Below are positions 50,203 to 63,622 of a stretch of DNA of 64,000 nt, in pieces (position 1 is the stretch's first letter; each line of letters begins with the position of its first letter). The stretch comes from Podarcis pityusensis (taxonomy: Eukaryota): NCBI GenBank assembly GCA_964106645.2, contig OZ067038.1, one strand, 5' to 3'. The notes beneath the pieces are model-generated. The model saw only the letters and a program-made list of their open reading frames with translations. It did not search any database and was not told the DNA's origin. Made by a program: the position numbers and the translations under genes.

Positions 50203-53200
50203 GTTTGTTCTGTTGCTGCTTCTCCTCCTTTCTCTTCAGCCTCCCCTGCCGTGGATCTCCCGCATGGTTGCTGTTTCCCTTGCTGTTGCATGGACAACAG
50301 GACAGAGAGCTGGGGTGGCTGTTGAGAGTCCATTCCAAAGTGGCGCCAGAAAAAACCAAAATGGTGCCAGAGTAAGGTTGTCTCCTAATTTGTGTGCGGA
50401 AAGGCAAGAAAACATGATTTCCTGCTTCCCACCCACATTAGCAATTACCTCCAATACTGCCAGGTCCTTTTCTCACATGTGACAGCTGTGCATTCCCATT
50501 GGATAAAAAAAAGTGTCTGTTAGGAACTCTGGGAAGGATCTGACCTGGTTTTGGGGCCTGTCAGGTTTGGACTCTACAGCCTTGCTCTAACTCCAAAAGC
50601 TCCTTATTTATTTATCTTTTAATCATTGGTTGTGCTTCCTCCTCCTTTTCCCTTGCAGTGTGTGGATTCATTTGCTACGTGTGGTGCTCATCTGTGGTAT
50701 AACCAGAAGTCACTTGCAAAAGGATTGGGGGAGGGGGCTTGTTTATCTCAGTGGCCACCACACTCACCGCTGCTTTGTTGTTGGTGCTATGTCAGGTGTC
50801 TCCATAACATCAAGGGGAGGTTTTTGCATGGGTGGAAGTTGGGGCAGAAATGGGATGATCACTCACTGTAGTGCTTGGCCAGCACACCAAGGTTTATTTA
50901 GGGGCTATGTGTGTTGTACAGGCATTGCTGGGGTGTTTTACTTCAGATCTTTCTGCTGTGGCTGGCGATATTGACTGGAACCAGGAGAGAGGCTTCTAGC
51001 ATGGCTAGCAGAAGGGGTGAAGTGTGTGTGTGTAAATTCTTGGAATCTTACTCAGCAGGTTGCTCTGGAGAAAGGAGCCTCTTGATGGATTTCAAACATG
51101 TGGTTGTTCCAAAGCATCTTTCTTGCATGTTTGGTATTTATGGAACATGAGCTCTTGGAGCCAGAAGAGGAGAGACGAGTTTTCACCGGAACCTCATATT
51201 CAGCAAGGGCTCCTGGGTGCTTGTTTTGTTTTGTTTTCTGATCTCTTTCATTGGTGCAGGTAGCCTCAGTATATCAGAGTTAACAGCCATTTCCACAGTG
51301 GCCTTAGGACTACTTCTGAAATCATTGCAGATGTGTGACATCTCTATACCCCTGCAAAAAAAGGATGGGTTGCCATTCCAACAGAAGATGCTGTTTTTTA
51401 TTATTATTCTATGTGTTTCATTTGCCCCAATACAGGATACTTGGCTCTTCTGAATCCACCCACCTCTCTCCCTACAGGTTTGGAATTTGTACTCCTGTTA
51501 AATTTCACAGTGCTTTAGTTGACTTGGTCACTGCCTTTTGCCACCCCCCACCCTGGCCCCCAAGAAAATATCCCATAGACATTGCCTCTTGTGCTCACAC
51601 TGCTTCAGGATTAATGCAGCAGCATGGTGTATGCTTGATATCCTGTCACTCTGGCTTATAGTCCCCGCTTGAAACGGTGACCTGTGGTCTATGCATACAA
51701 TGCCCAAATTCTAATGGAATGTCACATTCAAAAGAGAGCAGCAGACTAGAAGGATGGGCTCCTGTGCACACAATCACTGCTTTGGGGTTGCGTGGGATCC
51801 TCATGCTCACTTGCTTTATATAATGTTCCTACAGGAACGTAAAGTTGAAAGAGGTATTTATTTGTTTAGTTTAAATGAGAGAACTTACTAATATTGTTGG
51901 GGAGTTCCTAGAGACATGCTCTGGGCTGTCCTTGTAATAGGCCCAGATGACATTCCACAAGTCTATTCTGATAAACCATGGTTTATTGCATTGAGAGCAA
52001 GCTGTGTGTTCTTACACTCCCTTCTCTCCTCCCTTCTTCTGTCCTCGTGCACCCAACTTCAGTGCTTCTACCCTGGCTTGTCACTTTTCTGTGACATAAG
52101 AACCAGTTTTGTGTGCAGATGTTAAACTGAAGATACCACGGGAAACTGTGGAGTGTGAGGCCACGCAGCTCATTCTCAAGCCAATAAACAATGGTTTACC
52201 AGGCCAAGATTGCTATCTCTGAACTTAGGCTATAAAGTTCCTCTGGATGTTAATCTATTAATAAGAAACCAGACTCTAAACTATTTTAATGAAAGAATGT
52301 TTCCTATGTTCAGAAGAGTGGGCTTGTGAATTAAACCTCTGTGTTCTCATTTCTTGTGAATAATCTTTCAGTTTGAGAGTGGAGGAGTTGCTGTTGGAAT
52401 ATTCCTTTGGCATCTCCTCCAAAATGCCAGAGGAAGTTTTGATACAAGTATTGCCCACACAAAAGGAAAGATACAAATTGAAAAATAAAATATGCTGTCT
52501 GAATCCTTGCAGAGTCAAGTAATATAACATAAGATTCACTCAGTCATTGTTATTAGCCATGGTACAGCTACCTGGAAATGTCTAGAGGCAGCCTATGGCT
52601 GAATACCAGTTGTTGGGGGACCAAGAGTAGGGGAGAGCTGCTACCTTCATGTCCTGCCTGGTGGCTTCCCAAAAGCACCTGCCTGACTCCTATTGCAAAC
52701 AATCAGTTAGATGGACCCTTGGCTAATGTAGCAGTGCTGTTCTTATGTACTATAGTGCATCAACTGACTATGCTTTCTTTGCAGTTGAATGGTAAAAAGA
52801 AAGTAAGGTATGGTTTTCCCCGGGCCATTGGGTGTAATAGTGTGCAGTTTACCCAGAATGCTTAATTAAGCATCAGAAGGAACTTGCCATGCATTCAAAT
52901 AGCAAAGCTATGAATTTACTTACATTTACATGTCTATAAATGCATATGTGAGTATATGCTGCTCATATGTTGTTGGACTGCAACCCCAGTCATTCCTGAC
53001 CTTTTGCCATGCTGGCTGGAGCCGATGGGAGCTGTTGTCCAACAATACCTGGAAGGCTAGTCTGAGTGGCAGCAGCTATCCAGGGACTGAAGGAGCCTTT
53101 CCCATAACTCCCAATGTTATCCTTTTTAAAATGGATATGCCTCGGATTGAGTCTGGAATCTTCTGCATGCAAAGCACATCTTTTACCTGCTGAGCTAGGG

Positions 53201-56200
53201 TCTATTGCTTTCAGTAATGTTCCACCTGCCCAGTTTAATTCTAGTGTCAGACCTGAGTGTAGTACATCAAGTGGGAAAACACTGTGAGGCAGAGACACAG
53301 AAGAGGGGAGATGGTTCAGCTCCCCTCCCCTCCACTTCATATGAATAATAGATCCTTTCTCCCTAGAGTTGTAGGTGAACAGTGCAGGTAGGTAAACAGT
53401 GCTGGCATGCCTAGCTTGGCCCGGTAGGAAGGGTTTTCCAGTGCCATCTTGATGAGTCACCTTGAAGCTCTCCTGTGATCCAAAGTTTCATGATGGCACT
53501 TGCTTGTTGCTGGATTCCATTAATGCTGGGAAGGAACTAATCCTCCCCTGTGTGGCTGAAGAACTTGGCTGCAGGTTACAGAAGATGGTAGCCTCACTCT
53601 AGGGAAGGGACACTCTGTATCTTCTCAGCTTAGAGTTTTGCTAGTAAATATAGCACAGGAGGAGGACGGTGCCAGAGAGATAATTTTGTTGAGCAGCACT
53701 GTTGCTAGTGCCCAGCTTTTCCTGCTCCTCAGCCATTCCAGGGAGCCTGGTCACCCTGAGCCAAGGTGTCACCACTCTTGGCTCTGAAAACACTGGTCTC
53801 CTTCTTCCTCCCCTCCCTCTGTCTGCTTTAAAGAGAAGAAGGAAATAAGGCATATAATAAAAAGGCCAGAGGAAGTGGAGGGTTTCTAAAGTTTGGTGCA
53901 AAGGTTTTGAAGCCTAGGGCGGAAGACGTTTGAAATGTGCGTGCAGCAGCAATACAGAGGGAACTATGGCAGCCATTCTCTGGGTGTGGGAGTTATATGG
54001 AATGCCTTGAATCAGAGGGCAATGGCTTCTTTCTCTGCGCACATTAGCAGTATCAGTCTGAGTTTTGCCCACATTGCAATTGGCACTGACCTTTGCCCGT
54101 ATCTCACTGCTTCCCAATGAGTTTCCCACTCAAGCATCCAGCAAGGCTGTTGCTTTCTTGCTCTCTTCCCCTCCTTCCCCTTCCTGTGTGCCATGCTCCT
54201 TTCGCTTCTCAGCGAACAGACTCGTGCCTTTCCTCAAGGTCTCCTGGTACCGACAGCTGGCATCTTGCTTGTATGTTGTGCTCACTGTGTTCGGGATAAA
54301 ACTTAAAAGTTGCAAAGGGCTTGTGTTGGCCTTCAGGCTTATGCCAGCAACTGCAAGAAAGTATGATTCAATAGGGATTAAGGGTTTTAGAAAGGAAGCC
54401 AACTTCCATGCATCTCCTGCTTGTTGATGCCAAAGGATGGGAGTATGAACAGAAGGAGGTATTATCCCCGAAAATGCATTATCCCCAGCTTCAAACATTC
54501 AAGGAAGTTCAAGGAAGACAACACAGTGTGGCAATAACTGGAACCACCCACTTCCACTCGCAGAGGCCTGATAGATCTAGATCCAGATGCTGCTCACCGG
54601 ATCCCTTCCACCTCTGCGATTCTATAGGAGAAATATTGTGCCTCTCCAGTGACAAGGCTGCAGGGAGGGATAATATACACACTTTGCATATATTAGTTCA
54701 CTGAAATGAGGATGATCTTGAAACTTAACTGCTGAAGCTTAACTTGAAAAATGACTGAAATATTTTGGGGTTTAAAACCAGTCAGGTAACAGTCCTTGCA
54801 GAAAGGGATTTGTCTCCCTTAGAGGCACTCCCTGGTTTGAGGTGGGGGGGGGGGCTCTGGGCACTCTACTTTTCTCCCTCCCTGGTGCTCTACCTTGACT
54901 TCTTTTACTTTTGCTGTCATGGTTGCCTTGGTGGCAGCCGTACATTTCTCCCTCCCTGAGTGGCTGGATAGGTAGGAGGCAGATGAGGACAAAGTTGTTG
55001 GCTGGAACATGCTACAAAGTGGTGCTGCACCAGCCAATTACTCTAAGGCTTAAACTGCCCACCATTTTTTTTAAAAAGTACTAACCCCAGGGTGAGAGTG
55101 ACAGTGAGCTTTTCCAGGCAGAGGCCAGCCTACTAACCTTGCTTCTCTCATTGGTCCTGCATCCCCAAAGGGGTGGCTTAGCTCCCTGCCGCTACTGTCC
55201 TGGGCTTAGCAATTGTTAAAATCAAAATGGTGGGCTGCTAAAGCCTTGTCTGTCTGTGCAGCCATTCACTTCCTATCTTGGGGGGAGTCTTTTGGAATGC
55301 TTGGGGGCCAGTGAGCTATGCAGTCGCTGGACTTGAACCTGTTAGTTCAGCCTTAGCACCACTTGTCCCTGTTTTTACACACACACAAAATGCTGCTGCT
55401 TTACTTTAAAGAGTTTTGTGTGTGGTGCTGCTTGAGCTCACTGCTCTTTTCATCAATGGATTTTCCTTAGTTCCGGATGTTGTATTGTGGTTGCTTCTGT
55501 TGCCATGGATTCTGGCTCCCTCCTCTTTCTCCTCCCAAGTGGGTTTCTGTTTTGGGAATCTCAGAACGCTGCCCAAAATCTGTGCATTCCTGTTCTTTCC
55601 CTCCTTTAAAGAAAAAGAAAAGAAACTTCCCTTTTCTTTCAGCTGTGTGAAAAGCAAGACTCTCTGCAGCTGAGAAAATGGCATAGCTGTTACTAATCAG
55701 GGAGAGATCCAGATTAGCCAAGGGACTCAAAAGCAGCCCTAAAGCCCCATGAGTTTTAGAAACGTTTTAAGGACATCTCCCTGGGACCAGTGCCTTAATT
55801 TTTTTTTTTTTTAAATCATTCAAATGTGTTTGTGGGGTGGGTGTAGGAGGGAGGGAATTCATTCATTGCTGCTTATATAAAAGAAGTGGGCTCTTTTCTC
55901 CAGTTGGGGTTTGAATGGGCTGACATGTAGTGTCTCCAAAGCTTACATCTGCAAATCTTAAGTAAATGAGGTGGAGCGATCTTACCCCATTTAGTGAACG
56001 AGACCCCTCCCTCTGACAGGTTTCTTTAAGGAAAAGAAGAAAGAAAGAAAGAAGTCCAGGCACTGGAACAAACACATCATTATACAGCTTCACAACTGAT
56101 GAGAGTTTGGTGTCTCTCGCTTGCTCTGACCGCCTCTGTTCCCTGGCACTGCTGTTTCGTTTTACAGCTGCAGGGCACAATTTGAAATGTTGCAGGTGCT

Positions 56201-56492
56201 GTTCCCAGCTACAAAGTTTTCATGTTAACAAAATCCATTGCTGCAGATGACTTTCAGGATTTCACTGTTATGCATCAGTTGAAATCAGAGACTCAGGTTG
56301 ACATCAGGGCACATCTGCACCGCTAGACATCTTAAGGTGTTTATCAACAGACTTCAATCTCAGTTTGGAGCAGGCTCACCTAAAACAAGCTAATTTGGAT
56401 TTGATTAGAACAGGCCCAAGCTTGACTCATTCTTAGCTATAGCCCAGTCACAGTTTTGAGTCTTCTTGCACTCCCATTGGTAGTGTCATTGG

Positions 56493-56897
56493 TAGGGATG
56501 GGAAAGAAATTTGATTCAGTTCACAATTTTCAAAACAATGCGCAAAGCAAAACACAACCGTCTTTTGAAATCTGCACTTCTCTGAATTTTGCAGTGTGCT
56601 TCTCCTGCCAAGTAATGTATACAAAAATGCACATATGAATGCAAAGTGTGCATATAAGTGCATATATTAGTGGAAAAGAACATACAGAATGCATAATTTC
56701 AGGATAAATTGCTTTACCAAAAAAAAAAAAAAAGTTTGTAAGAGGAGAAATTCACCCTTAAGTGCTGATGAATCTGCATGAGGACTTAAAAAATAATAAT
56801 AATCACAAACTGGCATGTAAAGGTGGAGAACTTGATGTCAAGCTTGGATAAATGAGAAACTGAGAGGAAGCAAAATTGACAGATTCGCCCATCCCTA
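56493..56897. mobile_element. Non-autonomous hAT-like DNA transposon
   Basis: TIR TAGGGATGGG/CCCATCCCTA; 8-bp TSD gtcattgg/atcattgg. Confidence 0.8.
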
Positions 56898-57479
56898 ATC
56901 ATTGGGAACTCAGTGAAGCCTGAAGATCTCCCAACGAGGCCCCCCCTGCTTGTTGCAGTAACCACTGCAGCAACCTTGAATAGGCTTTAAAAGGTTGCAG
57001 CAACAATTAACTGAGCTTTGCTTGGTCTTCTCAATAACGGAGCTACATTTCCCAGGTGTCTTGGCACCCACAATGCTGCTGCCGTGCTCCAGGGCCCAAT
57101 AATGGCTGCAGCAGCAAGTCTTCTCTATGCTGCTGCTAACAAGTAAGTTTCAGCAGGAAAGGGGAGAGGCCTATGGTGGTGGCAGCCAGAGCAAAGCTCA
57201 TTGTAAGCCAAGCCCAAAGTGTGGAAATGTTTGCGATTAGTTCAGAAGTTCCAAATTAGGGAAGTTTGCACTCTGAACCCTCTGTTCCAATTTTTGGCAG
57301 CATCACATTCATAAACAAGTTTAATAGACTAGGGATGGGTGTGTGTGTCCGTGTGTGTGTATGCACCCCCCCCCCCCAGACCACTAAGAGAAATTTATCA
57401 GCACCCACATCAATCAGCATTTCCCATAATTAATCCAGGGAGCGTATACTGTTAGGGGGAATAAGAGCCAATTAAATTA

Positions 57480-57682
57480 TTATTTATTGTTACATTTATA
57501 CCCTACCTTTCTTCCCAGGAGCTCAGGGTAGCATACATGGTTCTCCTCCTAATTTACAACAACCCTGTGAGGTAGGTTAGGCTAAGAAACTGCCACTCAC
57601 CCACCAAGACTCATGGCTAAGTGGAGATTTGAACCCTGGTCTCCCAGGTTCTAGCCCAGCACTCTAACCACTGCACCACACA
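57480..57682 (-). mobile_element. Old tRNA-derived SINE
   Basis: acaaccctgtgaggtagg core, GATTTGAACCC B box and CTAACCACTGCACCA A box on the minus strand. Confidence 0.7.
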
Positions 57683-58668
57683 AAAAGCATATATCTTCAG
57701 AGACTTGAACTTTCCTCTCTGTTGCCTTAGATTGACTCTGAAAGTTGAAGAAGACAAGAATAGCAAGCAGCCTTCAATCTCTTTTCTGGACCACGTTAGC
57801 CAGTGGCCTTGGGGTTTCTCTCCCTTCCTTTCCCCTTCAGTGTGTGGCCTTGCTCAGCTGCTTGAGTCTTCTGGACCTATTCCCCCCCCCCCAGCACACA
57901 CACCCTGCTTCTGGCTCAGTGTGGCATGGAAAGGATTGTATACGAGGATCCCTTCCAATTCTCTTGACCTGTATCTGCCTTCTCCTGCCAACTGCTTCCT
58001 GGGTCATTGTATGGAAATGTTGGAGCAGGGAGAAGGATGAAGGCCTCAAGACAAGGAGGGGAATATATTACTGTGGTGGAGAAGTCTTAAGTTGCCTAAG
58101 AATATGTGGTAATATTGGGTGAATGGAAGGAAAAAAGTAATCAGGCTGTTAAGTTTGCCTGCTCTAAGTACACCCTACGAAAATCAGTGCTTTGGTTCAT
58201 GTTAATAAATCCTACACACAGATCACATGCACACACCTATTACAGCCAGGTAAGAGAAGTAAAATACGATGCAGGGCACCCACACCAACGTCTTATCCTC
58301 CAGAAGCCCAGCTCAGGAGGCGAGGAAGGAAATGAACAGGGCATCTTGGGGATTTTTGGCTTCAGCATGAACTCTATGCTTTCTCCAATGCAGCTGCTTC
58401 ATTATGCAGGGATTTTTAAATGTATGAACCGGGTTGTCACAATTTTGAGTTGTGCTTGTTGGGTTTGGTTTGGTTTTCACTATAATCCGCTGGTGGAAAG
58501 TGATGGATTTGCCCATTTCCCCTCTCCTGATTAATTGATTCAGTTTCTTTCCAAAGCCAAGACACAGCCCAAAGATCTGAATATTGGCTCATAAAGACTT
58601 TCTAAATGTATTGAAGCTCTTCCTGTGCTTGGAACGCCACTTTTCTCACAGTGCAATTGAACTTTCAG

Positions 58669-58868
58669 GAGTACAGTCACCTCGGGAGAAGTCACCAGAA
58701 GAAGCTGAAGCCCCTGTACGGAGACGTACCACCAGTGAAGGCCAGTATGAGAACAGTCCCCAGGATCCTAGTTCACCACGAAGCCCCACAGTTCGTTCTC
58801 CAGTTCACTGTGTCTCACCGGAGGTGGTCAGCACCATCGCAGCCAACCCTGGAGGAAGGCCCAAAGAG
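58669..58868 (+). CDS. TNS1: TNS1 exon (200 nt, phase 1/0): (G)[30 protein letters not shown]...ANPGGRPKE
   Basis: ctttcag| acceptor, GAG|gtgctt donor; TNS1-like peptide. Confidence 0.94.
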
Positions 58869-59756
58869 GTGCTTTTCTTTTTCTTATTAAAACACTATTT
58901 TCTCTTCTGACCTTGCTGCTTGCATGCATGGAAACACAGAGGGGATATATGTCTCTTTGACCCCAGCGCTTGATAGTAGGTAGGGAAGGGCCAGGGTTGG
59001 GAAGGGCAATGAATTTAGTTTGGCAGTAGAATGGATTAAGTAAATGGCACATGCATGGGTAGGCCTCCCTAAGTATTCCTTGGGTAGAAATTGCTTCTTC
59101 AGTTTTGGAAGAGGTTGCAATGGTTTGGGACTCAGAAATGTCCATGGTTGTTCTCATGTCCAACATGATGGAATACCAGTTGCAACCTGTGTTGCTGAAA
59201 CTGGGAAGAGCCACCATCAGTCCCTCCTATTCTGGCCACTTGCTGGAAGCCTCTGGACCGTCACTATATTCCGGGACAGATTCAAGTGCATGCTGGAAAT
59301 TTAGACTTGTGTAATCAAAGTGGATGAAAGTCCTCTGTTGCACTAGTGCCACAAATCCACTTTTTAATTTTGGGAATGGACTTTTGCAATTAGGAAAGTG
59401 ACAGGGAAGTGCACTGAAAATGTGGGATCAATGACTGACAGGAAGATGCAAATGAATCAGAATGAATACTCAGTAAAGCAAATTATTATGAATGCTCAAT
59501 TAACGGGTCATCTGTAGGAGCTGTTTCTGACAGTATGGGGAACGGAAGCCCACTACGGAAGCAGAATGTTTTCTGAAATTAAGAGCGGGAGAAAGGGACA
59601 TAAAGGCAAGAAAAGGAAGCATAGGAGCAAGCAGTTTAAAGATGGGGGAAGCATCTGGCAAAGAGAAGGCAGGCATTTCTCCTGCCCCAATTTGTGGGGG
59701 AGAGGTCAGAAAGGTCCTGAATTTTGATAACTGATTCTGCTTTCCCTCTTTTACAG

Positions 59757-59895
59757 CCCCATCTCCACAGTTACAAAGAGGCCTTTGAAGAGATGCAGGG
59801 GACCTCTCCAAGCAGTCCACCTTCCAGTGGTGGTGAGACCTCTCCCCCAACCCCTGCCTTCCCTGTCTCACCACAAACCCCTTACAGTAACCTAC
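59757..59895 (+). CDS. TNS1: TNS1 exon with two donors (76 nt to 59832 or 139 nt to 59895, both phase 0/1): [25 protein letters not shown][[21 protein letters not shown]]
   Basis: ttttacag| acceptor; GTG|gtgaga and TAC|gtaagt donors 63 nt apart. Confidence 0.92.
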
Positions 59896-62800
59896 GTAAG
59901 TTCCATGGCGGGGGACGGGAGAGGGGGGCATTGGTGGGTGGCTTGGGCAAAGCCAGACTTAAGAGGCAGTCGGTCAAACCGTTCTCAGCTTCCCAACACC
60001 CACCACCATTTTAATCACCCCTTCACTTTCTCGTTTCTCTCTGTCTGCCAGTCTTGGCTTCTTCCCCCATCACCTTTCATCTCTGCTTGCTGTAAATTTC
60101 TCACAGTGTCACCAATAAGTATGCATTCGTCCATGATAATTATCATCACAACAGCAAAGTTTTGCAACTCTTGGGGGGATCGATTATGGTTAGAGTCATT
60201 AGCTACCAGCAAGTGGTGAAGAGGAGCCACAATTTCTGAATGTCAGCATAAACCATAGCAGCAGAGCCCTGTACTGTCTTCTACACTCTCCTTCTCGTTG
60301 TCCGCCAGACAAGGAGGTTCACAATTGTTCATAAATTTCCAAAGTGTTGGCTGTGCTAGCTAGTTACAGCAAAAAACAGTAAAGAGCCTTGCAACTTCTT
60401 GAAGACTGTTTGCTGATTTTGAAGATGCCACAAGGCTCTGTTATTATTGTATAAAAGTTCTGCAGTTAAGATAGCAGAACTGTGCAACTTACGGCCTGCT
60501 AAGCTTAGTGAAGCCCTCTAGCCATGTAGGGCAGCCTACTTGGGGCTTGATAATACTTCTGTTCTTGCTGTCAACCAGCGATTGCAGGATTGGAGTTGGG
60601 TGTGGCTTGTTAAACCACAGCATATGCCTGGTGGGTTTATTTGGCTATGTAGGTCATCCATTCTGCAGGCCTATTTTAGAGAAACCCATCAAATGTTTTT
60701 GGTACACAATATCTGCCTTCCTAGATGCCAAGGGGGAAAAGTTAAATGAGCCTTGCTCTCCATAGCATGGACAAATACACAAAGTTGGATTAAGAAGAAT
60801 GTCACATGGTCCTGACAGTAGTTTCCCCATATCCATCAGCAACACTTAGTAGTTACGTATATGAGTTATGTAATGCACTTATAACAATGACATGATTTAT
60901 GAACCTCTATGAAAACACTTACATAGTCAAATTTGCTTCCCTGCTGAGGGAATTTTATACCACACTATGAAGATTCCCAGTTCATAAATTCTAGATGGTA
61001 CATAAGTTCAGGTCCTTGTTATTATGAATGAAGAATTCCCCATCCCGTGAAGCATCTGGCAGGATCATGGACTTAAATTAGTAATTACATTTCCCTGCCT
61101 GACAATTAAAAACATATCTGCAAGCCCTGGTGCATAAGCTGGAGAAATCCCTTTGGTCTGATCATTCAGGGATACTCTGACCAGTGTAATGTTCCAGGGA
61201 TTTTTTTTAAAAAAGTATTTTTTTTAAGGAGGAGCGGAATCACTTACTGTACCTATAAACCTGCCTATCACATGTGTCAGTCAGTTTCAGAACTATTAAC
61301 TGCTTTTCTAGACAGAAAAACAATACCGCAAATCTGCCAGAGTTGATGGGTTAGAAAAGGCAAACAGTCCTGGTTATGCCTAACACCTGAGCTGAGCTGA
61401 GCTGTGGAATGTCCCAAAGGAGAAGTATTTAAAGTTTAGGTTTTTGGCACACAGATCCTACTTTAGGCAATTTTTACGTGGCTTCCTCTCTCTATGGGAG
61501 AGGGAGAGAGAGGCAGCTGTTTTCTGCAGGTGGGAGGAAATAAAAATTAACCCAAGCCCTAAAGACACCCTTGAAATACCTCCACAACAGGACATGGGCT
61601 TATGCAGAACAGATGGAGGGATGCGTCAGCTCTTTCGCATGGAAAGGTCCACTGTTCTTCCATCCCAAGCACCCAGCATTCAAGGCCCTTAGCAAATTCA
61701 TTCTGCCTTCTGTTTGCGCTGACAGAAACTGATGGTTGTAAATTGGGACCAGACACTGCAGTGCACAAAATCTTTCAAAACTGATGTGTGCCATTTAAAG
61801 CAGGACCTATGGGCTGGATGCAGCCCCTTGGCCTCTCCATCTGCCCTGCTGACCTCTCCTGTGCAGCCACATTTCTCCCATTGCTCAGCTGTTTCTGCCA
61901 GTCAGCTGAGTGGTAGCAAAGGAGGTGGGAGGTTGCAGGGAGGTTCAAACCTTGTCTTCTCTAATCTCTCCTATCCCACTCCCCTCCCAAAAACGCTGAT
62001 CATGAGGAACAATGGAGCAATGAGGGAAGAGATGCAATGGCTGCAGAGTCCCACTGCTTCCATTGGCAGCTTGCTGCATTTCTGTGCTGAGAAAAAGGAA
62101 GCTCATTTCTCAGCATCCCAAAAAGAAATGTGACCCGGATGTATGGATACGTGTGAATCGTGGAGGGGTATGCGTATGAATGGAGGTGCAGGTGTGTGAA
62201 TGGGAATAGTGTGGGGATAAGCGGATGGGTATGAATGGGGCATGCATATGTAGATCACTGTGATTGGGGTGTGTATTTGTGTATATAGCTTTGGCCCACC
62301 CCTGGCATATGCCCCTTTCCCTCTAAGCAGTTACAAGGGAATGCAGTCCCTGGACTGAAAGAAGTCCCCAACCCTGGTATTGGGTAGAAAGTTCAGATAC
62401 AAATTTAACGAATGATAGCTCCCACTCCCTTCTAGGCAGTTTTGTAAGGAAGGACAGGGTATACAATTCATACATAGAGTGCATATGCTGCAGAGGCCAC
62501 AACTTATTCCATAGGTGTGTACATATGTGCACACACCTACACCAAATGAGGAATGAGTGGTTTCCATTCTACAAAGATACAGCTTTAGGGCATTTGCTGC
62601 GTTGCACACCTGTTACTCCTTCAGTTCTCAAATGAAAGTGAACAACATGTAGATTTGCTTCTCTTTTTCTTTTTTAATGTAGTCTTCGCCATTTTAAGAA
62701 AGAAATGGAAATTGAGGACAATAGGAAAAGCCCACACCGGCAGGGATTCCATTGCACTAATAGGTGCAAATGTGCCTTTTTAATCCAAAGCTAAGGGAAC

Positions 62801-63372
62801 CAAAGGCCAAAGAGGTGCATGTACTCTTTGGTCTGTAGCTCTTCAGTGGAAGAGGTAAATCTAGCTGCAAATTTATGTGTGTTTCAATGTAGGTATGTGT
62901 GTGTTTAGATCTGTCAGAGTTTGAAGGGGCTAATGGGGACTGAGAGTGTGTCCTCAGAGTTACAGTGAGACCCTTTGCCGTCCATTTGTAACCAATTGAA
63001 AGCTGTTTGCAGCTGATCTGTGCTGTCAACAAAAAACCAAACCAAAACAAAAAAAACCCTTGCAAAGGAAGAACCAGGAGTTCACTGAATGCTCCTGATT
63101 TTTCCTTTGTAGCCACATCCTTTCCTGCTTCACACCTGACATTATGTTACATTCAAATAGTTTATGTATTTAGATAATACTGCATTTAATATTGTTGTTT
63201 CTCTTTGATTCAGAGTTGCACCAGGCCAATGCAGAGACACTGTGCAGTATACCATTTAGCTGAGTCAGTAGTTAACTTGGTCTCAACTGACAGGTGTTCC
63301 ACCCATCTGACAGGGAAGTTCCAAAGGAGTAATGCCACACGCAACCAAGCTGCAGTGTGATAGTAGCTTGTA

Positions 63373-63622
63373 CAATCGTACCTTGGATTCCAAACGCCTT
63401 GGTACTCAGATGTTTTGGCTCCCGAACTCTGCAAACCAGGAAGTGAGTGTTCTGGTTTGCAAATGTTCTTTGGAACCCAAACGTCCAACATGGTTTACAC
63501 GGCTTCTGATTGGCTGCAGGAGTTTCCTGCAGCCAATCAGAAGTCGCGCTTGGGTTTCTGAATGTTTTGGAAATCAAACGGACTTCTGGAATGGATTCTG
63601 TTTGACTTCCAAGGTACAACTG
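63373..63622. mobile_element. Tc1/mariner (Tigger-like) MITE of a different subfamily
   Basis: TA flanks; imperfect TIR caatcgtaccttgga / tccaaggtacaactg. Confidence 0.7.

Larger units (their letters stand above)
2472..59895 (+). other. TNS1: Tensin-1 gene, internal portion (PTP-like C-terminus, C2 domain, disordered middle region); 5' and 3' ends outside window
   Basis: Eleven core GT-AG exons join in consistent phase into a tensin peptide. GNRGR at the P-loop, [28 protein letters not shown] and [13 protein letters not shown] match TNS1 rather than TNS2 or TNS3 as I recall them. Confidence 0.96.

Noticed and set aside
19655-57260. CArG boxes (19655, 31910, 57251) and scattered AP-1 TGASTCA sites
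   Set aside because: TNS1 is a plausible SRF/AP-1 target, but the counts are about what chance predicts in 64 kb and the sites are not clustered.
58227-58255. ATG plus strong donor CAG|gtaaga about 400 nt upstream of the 58669 exon
   Set aside because: Phase 2, compatible only with the unproven 58652 acceptor, and no promoter features nearby.
60052-60095. Acceptor-like site after a pyrimidine tract downstream of the last exon
   Set aside because: The phase-1 frame stops after about 13 codons, there is no matching donor, and the peptide is not tensin-like.
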